Below, one piece after another: positions 25,295 to 36,862 of a DNA stretch of 64,000 bases (positions are counted from its first letter, which is position 1; each line of letters begins with the position of its first letter). Both the position numbers and the translations under genes were made by a program. The stretch lies in assembly GCF_006345805.1 (NCBI RefSeq), contig NC_043009.1, forward strand, positions 42,780,001 through 42,844,000, written 5' to 3'. Under the pieces are notes generated by a model. It was not told where the DNA came from. It made no database searches and was given only the letters and a program-made list of their open reading frames with translations. The DNA comes from Octopus sinensis (lineage: Eukaryota).

Positions 25295-25977
25295 CCTATG
25301 AAATACTGTTTGTTACAGTTGGCTAGTTTGCAGTGAGTAGTTGGGACGTTTGGAAGCTCGCAATGCAATAAGCTGTGTTAAAATGGGCAAAAGCGCTACA
25401 AAAACCTATGAAGTACTCCAGACCGCTTATGGTTCAACGTTTTTTGCTAGCAGAAGAAATTCAGAGACGGTGAAACGAGAAAGAAGAGGTGAGAGGTGAT
25501 GAAATGGCTGGGAGTGAAAGAGATGCCAGGACATAGTGCTGGTTGAGACAATTCGCAATTTTATGGAATAGGACCGTCGTGTGTCTATATAGACAATAAA
25601 TACACAGTATAGAGTTAGTATGGCGGCTGTACACAGTATTATTCAAGAAGATCTGAACATGCACAACATTTGTGCAAAGCTTGTACCAAGGGTGCTCAGT
25701 GATGACTGCTTCGCAGGGATGGGCATTAAAACTATCCCTCGACCTCCCTACAATCCATTCCTTGCTCCCTGTGACAAATTGAATGAAAACCTCAGGGGCA
25801 GACGATTTGAAGATACAGGAAGACTTAACAAGGGTCATGAATTGGTTGGAGCGCTAAGGCATGTGCATTGAAGTCAGATCATTCTACTCTGAAGGAGGTT
25901 AGAGTTTTATTCTTCTTTAACATTAATAAATATCTCTCCTGAAAAAGTCTAACAACTTCTTAAATGCACGTCGTGTA
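25295..25977 (+). mobile_element. internally deleted, decayed mariner transposon
   Basis: Translates to CVKMGKSATKTYEVLQTAYG (HTH), VHSIIQEDLNMHNICAKLVPRVLS (WVPHEL-like), IPRPPYNPFLAPCD (YSPDLAP-like) and LRGRRFED; TIR-like end ...aacttcttaaatgcacgtcgtgta. Confidence 0.85.
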
Positions 25978-26272
25978 ATTTGGACTTTTGGGGGTCGTCG
26001 CTTATGTGAATGAAAATAACATGGCGAACAGTGGAGTTTTATAGCGATTGCAGTTCTGGGAAAAAAGTGACATGGTAAAGTTTTGAGTATGGTGTTTGAG
26101 TATGAGCGATCATGAGAAGAGGTAGACAGGCGACATATATCATAATATCTTTAAACTTACCCACTCCTTATAAAAAAAATGCCCGTAAAAATACCTTGAG
26201 TTCAACCGAGCGAGTTCGGCAGGAAGTGCTATGCAATTTGCTAGGGTGAAGGTGCAGGAGCCATTGTATTGT

Positions 26273-26276
<4 letters not shown>

Positions 26277-26309
<33 letters not shown>

Positions 26310-26520
26310 AGAAGAAGAAGAAGAAGAAGAAGAAGAAGAAGAAGAAGAAAAATAAGAAGAAGAAGAAGAAGAAGAAGAAAGAAGAGAAGGAGAAGAAGAA
26401 GAAGAAGAAGAAGAAGAAGAAGAAGAAGAAGAAGAAGAAGAAGAAGAAGAAGAAAAAGAAGAAGAACAAGAATAAGGACAAGAAGAGCAAGAAGAAGAAG
26501 AACAAGAACAAGAAGAAATG
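26277..26520. repeat. (CAG)n-(AAG)n compound trinucleotide repeat
   Basis: Direct inspection. Confidence 0.95.
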
Positions 26521-26935
26521 GCTTGTCTAAACCAATGATTGTGGCATTTCGGCGAAGTTATTCTCATGCAATTAGTCGAAAGCTTTTTTTCTTTTCACTT
26601 ACAATAATATTTTTTTGTTGAGATTGTCGTTTAAGATGTGTATGTGTGTGTGTGTGTCTTTGTGTGTGAAACTGTTTGTGCGTGTTTTCTGTGTGTGCGT
26701 ATGTCTGTGTGATGTGTGTGTGTGTTCGTGCGCGTGTGTGTGTATGTACGTCTGTGTGTATATGTGTAATAGCAGCAGCAAAAATCTCAGATATTGTTTT
26801 TATCTTTCGTTTATTTATGTCGATCATTGGACTGCATCCGTATTTTGAATAGTTCGAAGAAATCGAGACCGGAATTTATTTTGATTCCAGATATTGATCT
26901 ATCGTTCTCTTTAGCCGAACGCTAAATATATATAT

Positions 26936-26981
<46 letters not shown>

Positions 26982-27015
26982 GACCAAAGTGTACGTATGC
27001 CGGTATATATATATA

Positions 27016-27389
27016 GGCGCAGGAGTGGCTCTGTGGTAAGTAGCTTGTTTACCGACCACATGGTTCCGGGTTCAGTCCCACTGCGTGGCACCTTGGGCAA
27101 GTGTCTTCTACTATAGCCTCGGGCCGACCAAAGCCTTGTGAGTGGATTTGGTAGACGGAAACTGAAAGAAGCCCGTCGTATATATGTATATGTATATGTT
27201 TGTGTGTCTGTGTTTGTCCCCATAGCATTGCTTGACAATGTCCCCGTTAATTAGCGGTTCGGCAAAAGAGACCGATAGAATAAGTACTGGGCTTACAAAG
27301 AATAAGTCCCGGGGTTGAGTTGCTCGATTAAAGGCGGTGCTCCAGCATGGCCGCAGTCAAATGACTGAAACAAGTAAAAGAGTAAAAGA
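27016..27389 (+). mobile_element. family-C SINE, near full length
   Basis: Head ggcgcaggagtggctctgtggtaag to tail gtaaaagagtaaaag. Confidence 0.88.
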
Positions 27390-27405
27390 TGATATATATA
27401 TATAT

Positions 27406-27442
<37 letters not shown>

Positions 27443-27443
27443 G

Positions 27444-27705
27444 GTAAAGGTAAGGTAAGACCCCCTTCGGTCATGAATGACCATGGGATTGCACCTAGAA
27501 AGTTACCCTCCTAGACAACAGTCGGGCAAGGTTGTTTATGGAAGACCAGCAGTCGCCCATGCATACCAGCCTCCCCTCTCCACGCCACCAGTGTTATCCA
27601 AGGGAAAGACAAAGGTCGATACAGCTTGGAACCAGTGACGTCGCAACTCATTTCTACAGCTGAGTGAACTGGAGCAACGTGAAATAAAGTGTTTTGCTCG
27701 AGAAC
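27444..27705 (-). mobile_element. third tRNA-headed SINE family, 3' portion
   Basis: ctttatttcacgttgctccagttcactcagctgtagaaatgagttgc shared with the head-bearing copy at 54795-54972. Confidence 0.8.
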
Positions 27706-27734
27706 ATATATATATATGTATATATATATATATA

Positions 27735-28050
27735 AAATACAAAATGGGACAAGAACGCAAAATATCTGGACAGCTAGGTGATACAAAAATGGGACAACAA
27801 AACATCCAGATAGACGATACAAAGAAAACAAGGACTGGTCATTGGGAGTTTTCTTTCCTCAGTCAAGCACCATATTATCCTAGCAATTTCGGCTGATTAT
27901 ACTTGAGATCGCCCCAATCTGGCCAGCGCCAAGGAAATTAGATACCTTGGAAGAAAGCAGCGAATGTATACAAAAACAAGGACGGAAAGAAAACAGACTT
28001 TACACAAATACAATAAAATAATAACAGGACATGTTTTACGATCTTGTCCC
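27735..28050 (+). mobile_element. dispersed repeat, probably a PLE-type terminal fragment
   Basis: 27735-27845 matches the reverse complement of 63680-63803; ataacaggacat motif shared with 63105-63129. Confidence 0.5.
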
Positions 28051-28124
<74 letters not shown>

Positions 28125-28814
28125 GATATATATATATATCTGTCTGCATACATACATACATGCATGCATGCATACATACATCATACATACATACATACAT
28201 ACATACATACATACATACATACATACATACATACATACGTACGTACATACATATATACATTGATATATTTATTATGTAAACATATATACGCCTATATATA
28301 TTCCTGAGTATTCCATAGACATATCTTTAATTTAATATACAGTGATACTGTGTGACACTGTTGGACCATTGAGTTATCAATGCAATCAGTCGTACTATTC
28401 CCGCGAACCCAATTTTAGTCAGAAATTTTGGACTAAAAACGAACTGTGGTAAAAAATTTTAAAAAAAAGCGAAGGCAAAGCAATTGCCTGAGATGCCACG
28501 GATTGGGATCGAACGCATGGTTTCGCGAAATATATGAGTGTGAGAGAGACAGGACAGTGACTGACGAACAGGGAGATCGAATGCGTATGTGTGTCAGTCT
28601 ACGTGTGTATGTATGTACATAACACCTGGCAAGTTTCCAAAACGTATTTAATACAATAATACAATAACGTGAAACATTCGACCATTTCTGGGTTACTTAC
28701 TGTGTGCGTGTCTTTGCGTTTATGTGTATACATATATCCGCGCACAAGTGCGTGCATAAATATATACGTGTGCATATGTATGTGTGTGTGTGTGTTTATA
28801 TGTATAATATGATG

Positions 28815-28845
<31 letters not shown>

Positions 28846-29283
28846 ATGTATGTATATGTATAAGTATATATAAGTACTATTTAAATATAGGAGTATATTT
28901 ACGTGTAGACGTACTTTATTCATATACATACATATATATGTGTACATGTGTGCGTGTGTGTGCGCGTGTGTGTGCACGTGTGTGTGCGCGTGTGTGTGCA
29001 CGTGTGTGTGCGCGTGTGTGTTCGTGTGTGTGTGTATGTGTACACACGCACTAATACATGCATAAACAGATACATATGTAAATATATATATGTAGCTATC
29101 TATCTGTTTATGTATGTATTAGTGCGTGTGTATACATACACACACACGCACATACACACGCACACACACACACATACATGTACACATATATATGTGTGTA
29201 TATGAATAAAGTACGTCTACACGTAAATATACTCCTATATTTAAATAGTACTTATATATACATAAACATATAGATACATACTT

Positions 29284-29356
<73 letters not shown>

Positions 29357-29905
29357 CAACACACACACACATACATTTAGTATATATGTATATATGTAAA
29401 TATGTATGTATGTATGTATGTATGTATACATGTATGTATGTATGTAAGTATGTAAGTACGTACGTATGTATATACTTTCCACGTCATTGAAACTATTGTT
29501 ATTAAGATACTTGGAATTATCCCAGATGTTATATTTCCAAATATCAGCTTTAACAATGGTTCCATTATCAATTGTTTTTCGTCCCATTTTCTTTTCGTCT
29601 TTTGTGTTTTTCTTCTTATTTCTGTCAGTATTTTTTTAACACAGATAAAATATGTCAACAGATCTTTCACTATTTTTCTTCTTCTTCTTCCTCTTCTTCT
29701 CCTACTTGGAGTCGAGCTATCGGAATCGTTTGCGAGTCGGGCAAAATACTCACAGGTTTTTTGTTTTTTTTTCTGGCTCTTTCCGTTCTGAGTTCAAATC
29801 ACAATGACGTCGAATTTTCCACTTATTTTTTGGGGAGTTGATAAACTAAATACCAGTCAAGTAATCGACTGACACTCAACCTAATGAAATTAGTGCGAAA
29901 ATTTT

Positions 29906-30145
29906 AAACAATTGCAGCGTGGAAGGTGTTTATTATAAGCCATTTAAGAAACACACAAAAACCGTTAAATTCACTTCAACATTTAAATTTAATTTGTCAA
30001 AATATTTTCGTCGCTTTGAGACCGCGACCTGTTCACTGACAAAGTTCCGTGCTGCATCTTATAAACACCTTCCACGCTGCAATTGTTTCCCTTCCAGTAC
30101 GCGATCTCAGATCAGGTCACTTGCTATGCAAGTACATCTCCGTAA
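29906..30145. mobile_element. repeat fragment with inverted 5' part (28-bp inverted duplication); colinear copy at 49914-50116
   Basis: 29906-29933 is the exact reverse complement of 30061-30088; the body matches 49914-50116. Confidence 0.8.
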
Positions 30146-30980
30146 TTTTAAACAATTATTATTAATAAAAGCGGTGAGCTGGCAGAATCTATTTATACAG
30201 TCGTACACACATACGCCAACGCAATGTCATACAGTATGCTCACATACACACAGCTATACACAAGCATGCGTAGACATACAAACATATACAAAACATATTC
30301 TCACCTCTAATGGTTGTATAAAACACATACATATATACGGCCTCTAACTCATGGATAAACTCTTCTAAAATTCTTTTAAAATTCCTCGTCGGTGATTTGA
30401 AAATACCATTTCATCATTCATTTCATTCATTTATCGTGTGGATTTCATCATCGTTAGACATTACTGCCACGAAACTTTCTTTTCTTTTTCCTATTATTTT
30501 ACATCCTTGTTCTGTTCTTGACAAAGCACCACTGTCCGAAATATTAAACTTCCATTATTTCTTGCATTCAGCGTAAAATTAATTGCCTTATAAGTCCTAC
30601 TATGATTTTTGCTGTTATTTTTTCTTGAAATATTTTGGGATCGCAATAACATATGCCGACGCACTCCTGTCTCCGGATTACCACTAGATTGTATATAAAC
30701 TTACGCAACAATATATGTTTTGCTGAAACTACCATCACTTCATAACTGAAGAATTCTTCTTCGTGTTTTTACAGACAGAAATAAGGTCCCATTCTTTTAC
30801 AATGAAAGAATTGTATTTTCTACTGAATGTACCAGAAGCAAATCTGAAGATTCATTCTTTCTGATATGTATGCCAGTGCCAATAATTTCTACCTTAGTCA
30901 CAAGGTCGCAGAGATTTTTGGTACCTTATCAACATTTCTGACTAAAGAAGTCTTTGATCAGAACTAGCCAGGAGCAAGTG

Positions 30981-31283
30981 GAGGCACATGGCCTAGTGGT
31001 TAGAGCAGCGGACTCGCGGTTAAGGGATCGCGGGTTCGAATCTTAGACCAGGCGATGTGTGTGTTTATGAGCGAAACACCTAAGCTCCATGCAGCTCCGG
31101 CAGAAGGTAATGACGAACTTCTGCTAACTCTTTCACCACGATTTTCTCTTACTCTTTCCTCCTGCATCTAACAGATCACCTGTGACGGACCGGCGTCCCG
31201 TCCAGGTGGGGAAGCTATACGCCAAGGAAACTGGGAAACCAGCCATTATGAGCCAGGCATGGCTTGAGAAGGAACAAACAACC
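30981..31283 (+). mobile_element. tRNA-headed SINE with Meta-domain-like 3' half
   Basis: A-box tggcctagtggttag, B-box ggttcgaatct, cctgtgacggaccggcgtcccgtccagg...gaaactggg...atgagcc, caa-type tail; related head at 45500-45712 (-); domain name from recall. Confidence 0.7.
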
Positions 31284-32104
31284 CGGAGCAAAACGTCGTG
31301 ATGACGACGACGACGATCACAAAAAAAAAACAATAATAACATTCAAAATTGGAAGTAAAATAATTTTAATTCATTTTTCAGATACAACACAATTTTTTTT
31401 AAGTAAACAACGGAAATTAATTTGAATAACAGCAATCTCTGCTATAGAGATGATGATAATGATGATGACGGTGATAATAAGTAGGAGGAGGAGAGAGGCG
31501 GAGGAAAGAGAGGAGAATCGGGATTGTGAGAGTAGTGGGTGTATGCTGAAGTTCAGGAGGTTAATGGTAGTGGTGGATGGTGATGATGATGATGATGATG
31601 ATGATACAGATGAAGATGATGATGGTGGTAGTGGCAGTGGTGGTGGTAGTAGTAGTGATGATGATGATGATGATGATTACATGATGATGGTTAGGGTGGT
31701 GGTGATGGCGGTATGGTGGAGATAGCGACGGTGGTGCTGATGATGAGTTTGAAGTTTTCACCTGTTTCAATCGTAATAAAGATGGTGATTATAACGATGA
31801 TTGGCAATAGTCAGGTGGGATGGGGTGGGGTGGTTTTGTTTGAGATCTGTCCCGATTTGTGTTCGATACTGAAGGTATCCTATCAACCCCGTCACCACCC
31901 TACCACAAAGATAAAAGGCAAAGTCAACCACCAAAGGAACTCGAACTCACAACAATAAATTTCCAAAATATCCAAAGAGCCCCTTGGAAGGAACGTCTTC
32001 ATGGCAGCTTGACGTACTAGATATGGCAGCTAAATCTCCCTCGAATCACACCACCGTAGTGTTGTAATTGATGAAAGGTCACAATGGAGTATATACGCCC
32101 GTAT

Positions 32105-32313
32105 ATTTTACTTGCTTCAGTCATTAGCCTTGAAGAATTTCACTCAAGCGAATCGATCCTAGTACTTGTTATTTTTTGTGAAGTCCAGTATTAATTTTAT
32201 CGGTCTCTTTTGCCAAACCATTAAGTCACGGCAGCGTAGACACACAGGCACTGGTTGTCAAGCGGTAGTGGTGGACAAAAACAGATACAAAAACAACACA
32301 TATACGTATAGGC

Positions 32314-32366
<53 letters not shown>

Positions 32367-32408
32367 TATATGCATATATATATATATAATATAATATATA
32401 TATATATA

Positions 32409-32449
<41 letters not shown>

Positions 32450-32599
32450 CGCAGGCTACTTTCAGTTTCCGTCTACTAATCCACTCACAAGGCTTTGCTC
32501 GGCCTGAAGCTATAGTAGAAGAAACTTGTCCAAGGTGCCACACAATGGGACTGAACTCGGACCATGTGGTTGGGAAGCAAGCTTCTTACCGCACAACCA

Positions 32600-32602
<3 letters not shown>
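32105..32602 (-). mobile_element. family-C SINE, diverged full length
   Basis: Colinear with the other family-C copies. Confidence 0.8.
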
Positions 32603-32678
<76 letters not shown>

Positions 32679-33333
32679 ACAACGGGCTTCTTACAGCTTC
32701 CGTTTACCAAATCCGTTCACAAGGCTTTGGTCAGCATGAGGCTTTAGTAGGCGACACTTACCCAAGGTGTCACGAAGTGGGATTGAACTCCGAACCATGT
32801 GGCTGTGAGGCAAACTTCTGACCACACAACCACGACTGCTTATATAGACTATGTTTGAATAAAGGACAGGATGGCACGGCTGGAACAGTTTGTCGCGTTA
32901 GTTGATCTGCTCGAGCTGAGCTGGGCTGGGGCTAAATTACAACAACAGCAACAACAACAAAAACAACCATATCATCAACAACAACAACAACACAGCAACA
33001 ATAGTAACAGAAAATTACCAACTCAAAGTAGAAAAATATATTAACAAATGCTGCCTTCTTCTTTACCCCTGCTTCCTCACCCCTATCGACACCACTACCA
33101 ACAACAACAGTATCAACACCACCACCACCACTACCACCAGTAACAATACGTCCACCAACGACGCCATCATCAGCATCATTCAAACTGTCATCACTACCGC
33201 CACCACCAATGTCATCACCACCAGCGCCACCATACTAGCTAAAGATAAGTGACTTGTAGTGTTGCTACACTGTAATATAACCAGATAGTGGTGGAGGTGT
33301 TGGTGTGGTGGTGTCTTGATGTTGTTGTTGGTG

Positions 33334-33339
<6 letters not shown>

Positions 33340-33365
<26 letters not shown>

Positions 33366-33693
33366 GGTGGTGGTGGTGGTGGTGAGATGTTGGAGATAAT
33401 GATTGTGATGATGACAATGTAGATGATGATAACAAAGGCTGTAATACTAGTGGTAGAGGTGGGGGTGGAGCGTGGGGTGGAGCGTGGGATGGAGCGTGGG
33501 GGTGGAGCGTGGGGGGGTTGAGCGTGGGGGAGTGCGGAGGATGTGGGGAAGTTTGGCGTGTGTTTGTGTATGAGTGTGCATGCCTGTGCACATGGATGTG
33601 CGTGTGTTTGAATAACGACTGCGATGGTGTTGCCTCTGCTGCTGCTGATAACGACGACGACGACGACGATGATGATGATGATGATAATAATGA

Positions 33694-33727
<34 letters not shown>

Positions 33728-33738
33728 GGTGGTGGTGA

Positions 33739-33772
<34 letters not shown>

Positions 33773-33795
33773 GGTGGTGGTGGTGGTGGTGATGA

Positions 33796-33829
<34 letters not shown>

Positions 33830-33854
33830 GGTGGTGGTGGTGGTGATGATGATG

Positions 33855-33886
<32 letters not shown>

Positions 33887-33960
33887 GATGATAATAATGA
33901 AGATGTTGATGATGATGATGAGGAGGAGGAGGAGGAGAGGGAAGAAGAGGAAGTGGAGGA
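33340..33960. repeat. GGT/GAT/GAG trinucleotide mosaic with a G-rich gagcgtgggg minisatellite; source of the 205-318 aa low-complexity ORFs
   Basis: Direct inspection. Confidence 0.95.
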
Positions 33961-34429
33961 GGAGAAGGAGGGGAGGATGGTGTTGGTGGTAGGGACGGTT
34001 TTGGTAGCGGTTAAAATGCATGTGAATAGGTGTTTGCGTGCATGTGTGTATACATACATAATACATGTGTGTATATATATACACACACACATATATATAT
34101 ATAGGTGTGGGAAGAGAAGGAAGTGAAAGAGGAGAAGGAGGAGGAGGAGTATGGTGTTGGTAGTGGTGACTGTTTTGGCAGCGGTTAAAATGCATGTGAA
34201 TATGTATGTTTTATGTACGTATATCTACATACATACGACGGGCTTCTATCAGTTTCCGTCTACCAAATCCACTCACAAGGGTTTGGTCGGTCCGAGGCTA
34301 TAGCAGAATACACTTGCCCAAGGTTCCACACAGTGGAACTGAACCTGGAACCATGTAGTTGGGAAGCAAGCTTCTTACCACAATATAGATATATTTTATA
34401 TATATAGATATACATATATACATACATAC

Positions 34430-34910
34430 ATATATTCCTGTTATTCTCCTTGTCCTGTCTTTTACTGTTTATATTTTGTACTGTCTTTACTGTCCTGTTT
34501 TTATTACCATTTTTACCCCTCAAATTTTATTTAATTTGCTTTTGCAGGAAGGACTGTTTCAACGAAGTTGTGTCTCGCCTTTACCTTCGAAACGTGGAGT
34601 AGATGAAGCAAAGGCGGCTGAGGAAGGGGAATTTTCCTTGTGTTGTATGTCTTGTACCCTATTTTTTCGTTGTTTAAGAAAAATGTCCATTTCTTTCGTT
34701 TCTCATTGTGTTCGACGTTTTTTTTTTGGTGTCCTGTACCCATATATGCATGTATATATACATAGAGATGTAGGTACGTACATATATGTATATATATGCG
34801 TATATATATGGATGCGTGCGTTCCGTCATATAATAACAAATTAATAAATAAAACATATGCATGTTTTATTTATTAATTTGTTATTATATGACGGAACGCA
34901 CGCATCCATT
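34430..34910 (+). mobile_element. probable PLE-type terminal fragment ending in a perfect palindrome
   Basis: ggagtagat...ctgaggaagg and gtcctgtaccc shared with the 63110-63300 fragment (-); 49-bp perfect inverted repeat at 34808-34909. Confidence 0.5.
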
Positions 34911-35152
34911 CTAAGTAATTTTATCTGTATATATATATATAATATATATATATATAGATATATATAATATATATATCATGTATATATATCAATAATTAAA
35001 AGGGTAAAACTAATTAATTATTAATTAATTTTACCAAATAGTGTTCAGTATGTAAAAAGACCATTTACGGTATATTTGAAACATTACGTTATATAATTAG
35101 GGTTCAGTAAAATAATTTTTAGTGCTCTCTAATCCAAATCAAAAGAAATCTT

Positions 35153-35212
35153 TGAGCTGACGAAGGAAATGTTGATCTTTATATTCAACTAATCCAGAAA
35201 CGGCCGTTCTCA
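35153..35212 (+). ncRNA. minimal type I hammerhead ribozyme-like motif, probably a decayed PLE-associated copy
   Basis: stem I tgag/ctca; core CTGACGA; stem II gga...gttga/tcaac...tcc; GAAA; palindromic stem III A-CGGCCG-T; cleavage triplet GTT; A.A mismatch at the base of stem II. Confidence 0.6.
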
Positions 35213-35419
35213 GGTAATCTTATGTACGTATGATCTTTCGTTATTTTTCCCTCTATACCTGTGTGAGTTATTTTTGAGTATACATTGTCTGGGAGATTTT
35301 TCTTATAGTAGAAGAAATAGCTAAGATCTTTTGGCTGCTATTTCTAAAAGTTTGGTGTGTGGTAAAGTAAATTATTTTACTGAACCCTAATTATATAACG
35401 TATATATGTATATATATAG

Positions 35420-35667
35420 TGAAGGCGCGTGGCTTAGTGATCGTGAGGTCGTGAGTTCAATTATCTGCGAGATCATACAGATATACACGTTGCTCCCAAA
35501 AAGCAAAAATGAGTAGTTTCTGTGTCACGCTGAATCTCCCAGAGAACTACGTTAAGGGTGCACGTATCTGTGGAGTGATCGGCCACTTGCTCGTCTAATT
35601 TCACGACCAAGCTATTCCGTTGATCATATCAGCTGAGACCCTCGTCATCGTAACCAACAGAGTGCTC
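35420..35667 (+). mobile_element. fourth tRNA-headed SINE family, internally deleted
   Basis: ggcgcgtggcttagtg A-box, gtgagttcaatt B-box, cacgttgctcc segment shared with the third family, distinct 3' half. Confidence 0.6.
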
Positions 35668-35699
35668 CTTCATATATATATGTGTGTGTGTGTGTGTGT

Positions 35700-36030
35700 G
35701 AAGCTTGCTTCCCAACCATATGGCTCCGGGTTCAGTCCTACTGCGTGGCACCTTGGACAAGTGTCTTCTACTATAACCTCGGCCCGACCAAAGACTTGCT
35801 AGTGGATTTAGTAGACGGAAACTGAAAGAAGCCCATGTGTATGTATTTGTGAGTCCCTGTGTGTCCCCCACCATCGCTTCACACCGATGTTGGTGTGTTT
35901 ACGTCCCTGTTCGGCAAAAGAGACCGATAGAATAAGTACTATGCTTACAAAGAAGTCCTGAGGTTGATTTGTTTGACTGCAGCCATACGGTGCTCCAGTA
36001 TGGCTGCAGTCAAGTAACTGAAACAAAAGA
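35700..36030 (+). mobile_element. family-C SINE, head-truncated
   Basis: ggcaccttggacaagtgtcttctactata to gactgaaacaaaag. Confidence 0.8.
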
Positions 36031-36167
36031 ACACGCGGACACACACACACACACACATATATATGTACGCACATACACACATACGCACACACATATATGA
36101 ATAGATGGATATGTATGTGTGTGTGTCCTTGTTTATTTATGTTTATATACATGTTGATATAAATACA

Positions 36168-36223
<56 letters not shown>

Positions 36224-36816
36224 CAAATACATATGCGCGTCTATATATATATATATATAGACACACACACAAATACATATGCGCGTGTCTATGTGCGTCC
36301 GTGTGTGTTTGTGTGCGTCCGTGTATATGTGTGCGTGCGTGTATGTATGTTTGGTAAAGGTGAAACAAGAGGGGTGTCTATTCCTGTGGTATGGCGAGGG
36401 GTGTGTGTAATGCAGTATAGTGTGTGTTGCGGTGTGGTTTATGTAAAAGAGTGTCTGTACACAGTAGCTACAAGTTGACTGATCTATCATTACAGAGCCA
36501 CATTTTATTAAGAGAAACAAACTTCCCATCATTCTTTATTTCTTTGTTTCTTTCTTCATTATCTTTTTTTTTTCGTATTTTTATTTTTTTTTATTTTTGA
36601 AACTTCTTACTTTTGTTTTCCTCCATTGCTAGATATAGTGGTGGAAACGGGGTAGAGTGGAATTTGGGTGGGTGGAGTGGAATGTAGTGGTGGGGCTGGA
36701 AATGGAAGGGTGTTTAACAAACAATACACCAACTGAACCAACAACTGCATTTGGCCCACCCGCACACCCACCCAGCCGCTTTCTCATCCCGTACCTACTT
36801 CCACCCCGATTTCTCT

Positions 36817-36862
<46 letters not shown>

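Noticed and set aside
28343-28448. Open exon-like frame ILCDTVGPLSYQCNQSYYSREPNFSQKFWTKNEL
   Set aside because: Weak acceptor and donor, phase incompatible with the 10267 exon, no homology recognised
30560-30930. Minus-strand frame resembling NHL/beta-propeller repeats (DLLLVHSVENTILSL*KNG...RILQL*SDGSF) and the antisense exon-like frame 30775-30867
   Set aside because: Two in-frame stops and similarity only by eye; it would need an HMM search to be claimed even as a pseudogene
30981-31055. tRNA-gene-like sequences at SINE heads (also 45640-45712, 54795-54865)
   Set aside because: A/B boxes are present but there is no complete cloverleaf, and they continue into SINE bodies
33239-34195. 318-aa, 275-aa and 205-aa ORFs
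   Set aside because: Pure GAT/GGT/GAG repeat translations
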